Shown piece after piece: positions 8,251-15,195 of a stretch of DNA of 15,195 nt. A program made the translations under genes and the position numbers. The DNA is from an uncultured Deinococcales bacterium. Its GTDB lineage: Bacteria > Deinococcota > Deinococci > Deinococcales > JAAFIG01. The number at the start of each line of letters is the position of its first letter. The stretch's first letter is position 1. The notes below the pieces were generated by a model. The model was not told the origin of the DNA and searched no databases. It worked only from the letters and a program-made list of their open reading frames with translations. The DNA is taken from NCBI GenBank assembly GCA_964244895.1, contig CAXTKV010000130.1, positions 1-15,195 of the forward strand, written 5' to 3'.

Positions 8251-8266
8251 TCTGGACTAGACCAGA
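8251..8266. promoter_or_regulatory. Putative HutC/GntR operator, distal copy
   Basis: TCTGGACTAGACCAGA is a near-perfect palindrome matching the TGGTCTAGACCA core of DasR/NagR-type HutC operators at 11/12. Confidence 0.65.
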
Positions 8267-8428
8267 GTTCAAATCCAGCTCGGGTTTTCAAGCCTTCTGG
8301 TGCTGCGGTTGCGATTCACGTCTCAACATCACCTGCCCAGAGTCAATCACCCGCGAAAACCGAATCTGGTTCGGGCAAAATGGTCGCCGCCCGAATGAGC
8401 GCCAAAGAACCGCTTGAGTCTAGACGGA

Positions 8429-9328
8429 TCAATCGCTTTGATCTTCGAGGTCTGGACTTTTGGACCCCAGGCGATGTTCTGGATTCCAGCGTTGCGGGTC
8501 AATCTCACCTCCGTACAGCGGCAAGTTGAGCGGCTGATCGCCAGGCTTGAAATGCTCCCAGATTCTGGTCAGTCCCGCCGTGCCGTACTGTCGAACTCGA
8601 GTCACGTGCTCCAGGTCGAGCACGTCGGTCAGGACGGTGGCTTCCGTGCCAGCCGTGGCGGTTCTGACCAACCCCTCGGGGTCCACGATCAGGCTTTGTC
8701 CAGTGCCAATCGGACCGGCACAGTTGACGCTGACCACGAAGACCTGATTGACAATCGCATTCGCCCGAGCCAGCACGATCTCTTGGGCGCGGTCGCAGGT
8801 GGTGGTTTTCACCAAATTGAGTACGACCTCCGCGCCCATCCAAGCCAGATGTCGGGTGACTTCGGGAAACCATGCGTCGTAGCAGATCGAGAATCCGGCA
8901 CGACCGATGCCGGGCAGCTCGAAGGTCACGAATCGGTCCCCGGCATCGAAGGGCTCAAAGGGTCGCCAGGGAAAAACCTTGCGGTATGAGGCGACCAACG
9001 CACCCTCGGGCGAGATGGCAATTGCGGTATTGAACAATTCCCCGTTCGCGCCCAACTCGCAGACGCTCCCCGGAATCAACCAGACGCCCAAGTCCGCCGC
9101 AAGTTCGCGCAGGGTGCTTACCCGAGCGCCATCCAGCGGTTGTGCCACCTCGAGCAATGCCTGTTTGTTGAGGTCGGCGTGAAACAAATGCAGTTCTGGA
9201 TAGACAATCATTCGGGTTTGCGGAAACGATTTCAGCAACGACTGCGCCTGCCCGACGAAATTCGAGAACGGTTCGTGAATCCCCTGCGGTTGTGCCTGCG
9301 CCACAGCAATCGGTAACACCCTGGACAT
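8429..9328 (-). CDS. Carbon-nitrogen hydrolase (nitrilase superfamily), 299 aa
   Basis: Glu-Lys-Cys triad in VYPEL, YRKVFPW and ICYDAWFPE, plus ARANAIVNQVFVVSVN and GQSLIVDPEG. Start reassigned to ATG 9328 (MSRVLP), preceded by GGAGG. Confidence 0.92.
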   Translation of the reverse strand: MSRVLPIAVAQAQPQGIHEPFSNFVGQAQSLLKSFPQTRMIVYPELHLFHADLNKQALLEVAQPLDGARVSTLRELAADLGVWLIPGSVCELGANGELFNTAIAISPEGALVASYRKVFPWRPFEPFDAGDRFVTFELPGIGRAGFSICYDAWFPEVTRHLAWMGAEVVLNLVKTTTCDRAQEIVLARANAIVNQVFVVSVNCAGPIGTGQSLIVDPEGLVRTATAGTEATVLTDVLDLEHVTRVRQYGTAGLTRIWEHFKPGDQPLNLPLYGGEIDPQRWNPEHRLGSKSPDLEDQSD

Positions 9329-9363
9329 GCGACCTCCAACACTCGAGCCGGACTTTGAACCGT

Positions 9364-10635
9364 TCAGTCTTTGATTCTTAAGCGTGCCGATGCCGCGTGA
9401 CCCGCCATGCCCTCCCGGTCTGCCATCGCCACGGCGTAAGGGGCAATCTGCATGTTTCCGGCGGGCGTGGCGTCCTGCCAGGTCACGGTCTTGATGAACT
9501 TCCCGACCCACAGCCCGCCCGTGTAGCGTGCCGCCCGAATCGTCGGCAACACGTGGTTGGTGCCGATGCCCTTGTCACCGTAAACGACGGTGGCGTTGTG
9601 CCCCAAAAAGAGCGAACCGTAGTTGGTCAGGCGCTCAAAATACCACTTCGGATCGCGGGTTTGCACCTCGAGGTGTTCGCTGGCGATCTGGTCGGAGACT
9701 TTGAGCATCTCGGCATCATCCTCGACCAGGATCACCTCGCCGAGTTCGTTCCAGGATTGTCCCGCCGCGTCCGCCGTCGGCAAGATTTTCAGTTGCCGTG
9801 CAATCTCGCGCAGGGTTGCCTCGGCGATGGCTCGAGAGGTCGTGACCAGAATCGACTGCGAGTTCGTGCCGTGCTCCGCCTGCGCCAGCAGGTCGGCGGC
9901 GATCAGCTCGGGATCGGCGGAATCATCGGCGAGCACACAAATTTCGGTCGGACCCGCCAGCAGGTCGATGCCGACCACGCCGAAGAGTTGGCGTTTGGCT
10001 TCGGCGACGAACGCGTTGCCCGCGCCGACGATCATGTCCACCCCCTCGAGCGGCGGGGCGTCCTCAATTCCGAACGCCATCGCCGCCATCGCCTGCGCCC
10101 CGCCTATAGTGAAAATCTCGTCCGCGCCGGCGTTGACCATGCCATACAACTGTGCCGAGTTGATGCCAGGCATACCGCGCTGCACTGGGGCGCAGGCGAC
10201 GATGCGTTTGACTCCCGCGACCTTCGGCACGCCAATCGTCATGGCGGCGGCAGCCATGATCGGGTAACGCCCACCAGGAATATAGGACCCGACCGCGCCC
10301 ACCGGAATTTGCTTTTGTCCGAGTGTGACCCCAGGCAGCGTCTCGAGTTCAAAGTCAATCAGCGTGTCGCGTTGCGCCTTCGCAAACTTTTTGACCTGCG
10401 AGATCGAGAAATCGATCGGGCGTCTGGTGTCGTCATCGACTCCGGCGATGCCCTGTTCGATCTCGCGCCGCGTGAGCCGAAACGACGGTGGATTCCAGCC
10501 GTCAAATTGTTCGCTGTAACGTCGCACCGCCGCGACCCCCTCGCGTTCGACAGCGGAAATGATTCTCGAGACGGTCTCTTTGATCTCCTGCGACATGACC
10601 GTGACGTTCGGCAATGACTTCTTGAGGTATTCCAT
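9364..10635 (-). CDS. Histidinol-dehydrogenase-family protein, HpsN (sulfopropanediol 3-dehydrogenase)-like clade, 423 aa
   Basis: YIPGGRYP, GGAQAMAAMAFG, GAGNAFVAEAKRQ, GIDLLAGPTE, DLLAQAEH, SEHLEV, YGDKGIGTNHVLPT, RYTGGLWVGKFIKT. RBS AAGGAG. No his genes nearby. Confidence 0.85.
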   Translation of the reverse strand: MEYLKKSLPNVTVMSQEIKETVSRIISAVEREGVAAVRRYSEQFDGWNPPSFRLTRREIEQGIAGVDDDTRRPIDFSISQVKKFAKAQRDTLIDFELETLPGVTLGQKQIPVGAVGSYIPGGRYPIMAAAAMTIGVPKVAGVKRIVACAPVQRGMPGINSAQLYGMVNAGADEIFTIGGAQAMAAMAFGIEDAPPLEGVDMIVGAGNAFVAEAKRQLFGVVGIDLLAGPTEICVLADDSADPELIAADLLAQAEHGTNSQSILVTTSRAIAEATLREIARQLKILPTADAAGQSWNELGEVILVEDDAEMLKVSDQIASEHLEVQTRDPKWYFERLTNYGSLFLGHNATVVYGDKGIGTNHVLPTIRAARYTGGLWVGKFIKTVTWQDATPAGNMQIAPYAVAMADREGMAGHAASARLRIKD

Positions 10636-10665
10636 GTGATCTCCTTGGGAGGCTCGAGTTTGAAT

Positions 10666-11412
10666 TTACTGCGCAGTCCATCCCCCATCCACGCGCAAAC
10701 TGCTGCCGGTCACAAACTTCGCATGGCTCGAGGCGAGGAACACGACCGCGTCTGCCACATCCTGCGCTTGCCCGAGTTGCCCGAGCGGAATCTTTGAGAG
10801 TACGGATTGCCCAAACTGCGGGTCTGCGAGCATCGGACGGGTCATGTCGGTTTCGATGAAGGTCGGGGCGACGCTGACCACGCGAATGCCGATGGGCGCA
10901 AGCTCGAGCGCCAAAGCTTTGGTGAAGCCCTCGAGCGCGTGTTTGCTGGCACAGTAGACGGTTCGGTTGATTCCGCCGACGTGTCCCATCTGCGAGGAGA
11001 TGTTGATGATCGCTCCGCCCACGCCGGTTTCGAGGATTTTTTGAACCGCCGCCTGAGTCACAAAAAACGTGGCGCGAAGGTTCAAGTTCATGATCTGATC
11101 GAAGTTCGTCTCGCTCACGTTGGCGAACGGTTCGGGAATGTTGGTTCCAGCGTTGTTGACCAGAATGTGCAGCCTCGGGATTTGCGCGATGGCTCGGGTC
11201 ACGGCGGGCACGTCTTGCACATCGCAGACCGCAACTTCGGCTTTGGCTCCCTCGCTGATCAATTCTTGCGCCAACCGCTCGAGGCTGGTTTGGTCGCGTC
11301 CCATCAGCACCACGTCCGCTCCGGCTCGGGCAAGGCTTTGCGCGATGGTTCGTCCGATGCCTCGGCTGGCTCCGGTCACGAGCGCGGTCTGATCGCTCAG
11401 GTCAATCTTCAT
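10666..11412 (-). CDS. SDR-family oxidoreductase, 248 aa
   Basis: TGASRGIG, NNAG, NISSQMG, YCASK, PTFIETDMT, VDGGWTAQ. Start reassigned to ATG 11412 (MKIDLS), overlapping the upstream stop by 11 bp. Confidence 0.93.
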   Translation of the reverse strand: MKIDLSDQTALVTGASRGIGRTIAQSLARAGADVVLMGRDQTSLERLAQELISEGAKAEVAVCDVQDVPAVTRAIAQIPRLHILVNNAGTNIPEPFANVSETNFDQIMNLNLRATFFVTQAAVQKILETGVGGAIINISSQMGHVGGINRTVYCASKHALEGFTKALALELAPIGIRVVSVAPTFIETDMTRPMLADPQFGQSVLSKIPLGQLGQAQDVADAVVFLASSHAKFVTGSSLRVDGGWTAQ

Positions 11413-12424
11413 GGCGCACCAGAACGGATGGCTCGAGTTTATCTGTCCAGTGAATTTGTTTGAGCAGCGCGAATTCATCCCAGACCATCTGCTCGCGCCT
11501 GATCTGTCCGTCATGTACTTGCAGGTGGCTGATGCCGATGATCCGCACGCGCCTGCCCGTGGGTGTACCGTGGGCGCTCGGACCGAGATGCGTGCCCTGA
11601 AATGTCCAGTGTGCCGAGATCAGAAATCCATCGCTCCGATTGCCAGTGTGAACGACACGATCGAGGTTGATTGCACAATCGGGAAACGCCGCCAGCAAGC
11701 CCAGCACGTAGCGCGTCAGGTCGTCGTGACCCTCGAGCTTGCGGTTGCCTGGGACGAAAACGACAGCGTTCGGGGCGTACAAGAATTTGATCTGATCGAG
11801 CATCCTGGCGTTCCAGACCAGACCGTACAGCGATACTGGAAGTTCGTCAGGTTTGCGCGGATCAGCCTCGAGTCGAATTGGTGGGTGGTTCTGACCGCTC
11901 GAGCGCACGATCTCGCTCAAGGCGACCACAGGCGCTCGCAAACCCCGAGCCGATTCCTCGAGCGTGATCGATTTCGCCAACGTGATTTCGTCGAGTCCGA
12001 GTTGACGAATCAAGGCGATTTCGTCCGTGACGACCCATTCCTCGAGCACCCGATTTTCGCGCACGAGGCGCACAAAAATTTGCAGGAATTCAACCGGCAG
12101 CCCCGTCGGTGCTCCGTAACGGCTGTGCCCGAGATGATGTCCGATGACCCTCACGAAGTGCGAAACCACAAAACCGTCCTGAGCGTTGCCGCTCGAGATC
12201 ACCTCGTGGTCTTCCAAGCGCAAATCGGGCAGCGCCGCCAGGGTTTGCACGGCGTCCTCGAGCACCTGATCGCGTCCGTAGCGCTCGCCGTCGCTGCGAT
12301 GCACGGCGGCGTTGTGCGCGTAATGCGTGTAAATCAAACCGAGCGCCTTGTCCTGCCAAATTTTTTGGCTCGAGCGAAGCGTGTAATCCACGATGTCGGC
12401 GTACTCGGGATCGAAACCGTTCAT
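11402..12424 (-). CDS. Tandem SnoaL-like (NTF2-fold, 'ester cyclase') two-domain protein, paralog 3, 340 aa
   Basis: Two repeats of the A(F/L)PD...G(T/H)H.G...G.PTG...EEW..D pattern. Start at ATG 12424 (MNGFDPEY) with GAGGAG upstream. Confidence 0.85.
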   Translation of the reverse strand: MNGFDPEYADIVDYTLRSSQKIWQDKALGLIYTHYAHNAAVHRSDGERYGRDQVLEDAVQTLAALPDLRLEDHEVISSGNAQDGFVVSHFVRVIGHHLGHSRYGAPTGLPVEFLQIFVRLVRENRVLEEWVVTDEIALIRQLGLDEITLAKSITLEESARGLRAPVVALSEIVRSSGQNHPPIRLEADPRKPDELPVSLYGLVWNARMLDQIKFLYAPNAVVFVPGNRKLEGHDDLTRYVLGLLAAFPDCAINLDRVVHTGNRSDGFLISAHWTFQGTHLGPSAHGTPTGRRVRIIGISHLQVHDGQIRREQMVWDEFALLKQIHWTDKLEPSVLVRHED

Positions 12425-12437
12425 GCCTCGGGTCTCC

Positions 12438-13562
12438 TCAGCCCCCACCGTTCCCCCCAATGCGGGCATACAATTGTTTCAGGAGCGCGAACTCGTCGAA
12501 GACCAGCCATTCCTGCGCGATTTTGCCGCCACGAATCACGTGATGGTACATGCCAATCAGGAACACGCGCCGACCCGTCGGCAGTCCATACGGACCGAAG
12601 CCCTCGTGCGTGCCGCGAATCGTGAAGCGGGTCGCCACACGGTAGCCTCGAGCGGCACCACCGACCACGCACTGATGATCGACGTTGAAGGCGAGATCGG
12701 GAAACGATGCCATCAATGTAATCACGAAATTCTCGAGGTCGCCGTAACCGTACAGCTTCTGACCTCCAGGCACGAACGAGACGATGCCTGGGATGTAGTG
12801 CGCCCGAACCATGTTGACGAGTCGTGCGTTCCAAAGGTTGTGCAGCACTGCCGCAACGAACGCTCGAGGATTATCAGAGGTTGGCACGTCATGAAATTCT
12901 GGCGCGTGCTGACCCGATGTGCGATCCACCTCGGCGTGTGTGGTCGGAGAAACCTCGAGCGTCGATTGCCGCGCCAACGCGAACGGATCGAGACCGATTT
13001 GGCGCAGTCCAGCCGTGACGTCAAAAGCCAACCATTCCTCGACAATCTTGTTTTCAACGATCAGGCAATCTGCGATCACCCAACGTTGTATTTTGCGTCC
13101 AGTCGGAGTGCCGATTTCGCTGTAACCCGAGTGCGTGCTGGTATCGAACACCCGATGCGAGGAGTAAAAGCCGTCCGTCTCATTGCCGCCCCAGATCACA
13201 TCGTCGGCGTGAGCGCGAAGGTTGGGGGTCTTGGCTTGGCTTTGCAAGGTGTTTCGGACGACCGCCTCGTGTCCGTAGACCACGCCGTTCGAGTAATGCA
13301 CCATCGCGTTATGCGCGTAATGTGTGTAGATCAAACCGATGGCTTTTTCTTCCCAGATTTTGTGGGTGCAGCGCACGATGTAATCCACGATGTCCACGTA
13401 ATCGTCATCGAAACCGTTCATCGGCTGCCTGCGTCCAGTGTTCGCGGCGTCCTGAAATGCCTGAATGTCGGGACGGTCGGCGAAATCGAACACGGGCTTA
13501 GGCTCGAGATGGTTGCTGGCAGGTTTTTCGTTGGTCGGTTGTTTGCTCACGGTTCGTTTCAT
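12438..13562 (-). CDS. Tandem SnoaL-like two-domain protein, paralog 2, 374 aa
   Basis: C-domain ASFPDL...GTHEGFGPYGLPTGRR...QEWLVFDEFALLKQL and N-domain THSG..GTPTGRK...VEEW. Starts 3 bp after the paralog 1 stop. Confidence 0.88.
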   Translation of the reverse strand: MKRTVSKQPTNEKPASNHLEPKPVFDFADRPDIQAFQDAANTGRRQPMNGFDDDYVDIVDYIVRCTHKIWEEKAIGLIYTHYAHNAMVHYSNGVVYGHEAVVRNTLQSQAKTPNLRAHADDVIWGGNETDGFYSSHRVFDTSTHSGYSEIGTPTGRKIQRWVIADCLIVENKIVEEWLAFDVTAGLRQIGLDPFALARQSTLEVSPTTHAEVDRTSGQHAPEFHDVPTSDNPRAFVAAVLHNLWNARLVNMVRAHYIPGIVSFVPGGQKLYGYGDLENFVITLMASFPDLAFNVDHQCVVGGAARGYRVATRFTIRGTHEGFGPYGLPTGRRVFLIGMYHHVIRGGKIAQEWLVFDEFALLKQLYARIGGNGGG

Positions 13563-13565
13563 CCT

Positions 13566-14645
13566 TTACCCTTCGAGTTTGGCGTGCAGTTGTTTCAGAA
13601 GCGCGAACTCATCGAAGATCATCCATTCCTGCACGATCCTGCCGCCACGGACGATGTGATGCGCCATCGCAATCAAAAAGATTCGTCGTCCCGTCGGCGC
13701 ACCGTAAGGACCGAAACCCTCGTGTGTGCCCTGCAAGGTCAGGCGGGTCGCCACACGGTAACCTCGAGCCTCGCTGCCGACCACGCACTGGTGATCGATG
13801 GTCAACGCCAAATCTGGGAATGATGCCATGAACGTGATCACGAAATTTTCGTAATCGCCGTAGCCGTAGAGCTTGCGGTTTCCAGGGACGAACGCGACGT
13901 GACCGGACGAGTAATGTGCCCGCACCATGTTGACCAGCCGCGCATTCCAGAGGTTGAGCAGGATCGCACGAATGAAGGCTCGAGGATCGTCCGGCGATGG
14001 CACGTCATGAAATTCTGGCGCGTACTGACCCGCCGGCATTCGGTCGATCTCGCCATGCGTGTAGGGCAATTTCGGCAGCACCGCCCGGTGCGCCAACTCG
14101 AGAGGGTCGTAACCCATCTGCCGCAACTCGGTCACACCGTCCGAGGCGAGCCACTCCTCGACGATCAAGTTTTTGATCACAAAGCAATCGGCGATGCCCC
14201 ACCGAAACACCTGGCGACCCGTGGGCGGACCGTGCTCGGTGTGACCCGTGTTCGTGCCAAAACTCGCCACACGGTGCGAGGAGTAAAACCCGTCCGTCTC
14301 GTTGCCGCTCCAGATCACATCGTCCGCATACGCCCGCCGGTTCGAGAATGCCGCCACGCGCATGAGGGTGTTGTTGACCATGCCCTCGCGTCCGTACATG
14401 ATGCCGCTCGAGTAATGCACCATGACATTGTGCGAGTAGTGCGTGTAGATTAGACCGATGGCTTTTTCCTCCCAGATTTTGTGGGTGCAACGCACGATGT
14501 AATCCACGAAATCGACGTAATCCGCATCGAACCCGTTCATCGGGTGACGCTGCCCACTGCCTCGAGCATCCTCAAACGCTTGAATGTCAGGACGGTCCGC
14601 AAAATCGAACACTGGCAATTTGGATTTCTGTACCTCTTCACTCAT
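13566..14645 (-). CDS. Tandem SnoaL-like two-domain protein, paralog 1, 359 aa
   Basis: Same architecture (GTNTG..GPPTGR...VEEW; ASFPDL...GTHEG..GAPTGRR...QEW). Start reassigned to ATG 14645 (MSEEVQ) with AGGAG upstream. Confidence 0.88.
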   Translation of the reverse strand: MSEEVQKSKLPVFDFADRPDIQAFEDARGSGQRHPMNGFDADYVDFVDYIVRCTHKIWEEKAIGLIYTHYSHNVMVHYSSGIMYGREGMVNNTLMRVAAFSNRRAYADDVIWSGNETDGFYSSHRVASFGTNTGHTEHGPPTGRQVFRWGIADCFVIKNLIVEEWLASDGVTELRQMGYDPLELAHRAVLPKLPYTHGEIDRMPAGQYAPEFHDVPSPDDPRAFIRAILLNLWNARLVNMVRAHYSSGHVAFVPGNRKLYGYGDYENFVITFMASFPDLALTIDHQCVVGSEARGYRVATRLTLQGTHEGFGPYGAPTGRRIFLIAMAHHIVRGGRIVQEWMIFDEFALLKQLHAKLEG

Positions 14646-14833
14646 CGGGTTTCTCCTGGGATTTCGTGCTCGAGAATTCCCCAAGTGCTCGAGGTTTTCT
14701 GGATTGGTTGCCGTTGGTTTTCTTGGTGCGAATTTTGATTCTCGTCCGAATTTTTCACGTCATCACGCACGACAAGATCGCCTGTGAACTCAAGCTCGAG
14801 CTTTTGCTTTCCATTTTGCACTCTCGAGCCGCA

Positions 14834-15195
14834 TCACTTGACCGCCCCGACCGTGATGCCCTCGACGAAATACTTGCGGATGAACAGCGACATCACCAAA
14901 ATCGGGATCATCACGACCATGCCCGCTGCCGAGAGCTGCTCCCACTGTGGACCGCGCACGCCGGTGATGTTCATGATGCTGATCGGCAGGGTGATCGTGT
15001 TTGCGCGGGTCAGGATCAGGGCGAAAAAGAACTCGTTCCAGGCGGAGATGAAGGCGAAGACCGCCGAGACCAGAATCCCTGGCATCACCAGTGGCACGGT
15101 CACGTACCGCAGGGTTTGCAACTCGTTGCAGCCGTCGATGAACGATGCCTCTTCGACCTCGACGGGCAGCGCATCAAAAAAGCCGCGCAGCATCC
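14834..15195 (-). CDS. Carbohydrate ABC transporter permease (MalG-like), C-terminal part, runs off the window edge
   Basis: EAA loop (LPVEVEEASFIDGC), PLVMPGI...FISAWNEFFFAL...TLPI, and the RKYFVEGITVGAVK terminus typical of CUT1 permeases. Confidence 0.92.
   Translation of the reverse strand, partial: MLRGFFDALPVEVEEASFIDGCNELQTLRYVTVPLVMPGILVSAVFAFISAWNEFFFALILTRANTITLPISIMNITGVRGPQWEQLSAAGMVVMIPILVMSLFIRKYFVEGITVGAVK

Noticed and set aside
8370..8395. TTCGGGC-12-GCCCGAA hairpin as the nitrilase terminator
   Set aside because: Short stem, large loop and no adjacent U-tract on the minus strand.
9329..9511. N-terminal extension of the nitrilase ORF (and similar extensions to 11514, 12469 and 14684 for other genes)
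   Set aside because: Most of these extensions overlap upstream genes, and downstream ATGs with an RBS or translational coupling match the family N-termini better.
9364..10635. Assigning the symbol hisD or hpsN
   Set aside because: Motifs and context argue against biosynthetic HisD, and DHPS specificity is unproven.
4780..13823. Long + strand ORFs (4780-5688, 6274-7533, 9397-10617, 11411-12625, 12393-13823)
   Set aside because: They are antisense shadows of well-supported minus-strand genes in GC-rich DNA and show no recognisable motifs.
11402..14645. Polyketide biosynthetic cluster or DGR-type template/variable repeat
   Set aside because: No PKS or reverse transcriptase in the window. The repeated DNA is explained by whole-gene paralogy.

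Overview
Bacterial window in two parts. Positions 1-2600 are AT-richer and mostly decayed: the 3' end of an unknown gene, an IS3-family orfA remnant, a pseudogenised IS5-family element (1018-2089) and a small truncated secreted-protein ORF. The IS5 element carries two related 37-39 bp micro-insertions, one of which is split by a 187-bp MITE. Positions 2603-15195 are GC-rich and intact: a divergent SDR/AraC pair, a minus-strand GntR(HutC/UTRA)-FAD oxidoreductase-FGGY kinase operon with two palindromic operator-like boxes upstream, and a minus-strand catabolic operon. That operon reads sugar-ABC permease (partial), three paralogous double-SnoaL/NTF2-like proteins, an SDR, an HpsN-like histidinol-dehydrogenase-family enzyme and a nitrilase-family hydrolase. 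The palindrome CTCGAG is strongly over-represented (about 68 copies by hand count against roughly 5 expected). All family assignments come from motif recognition, not database searches.
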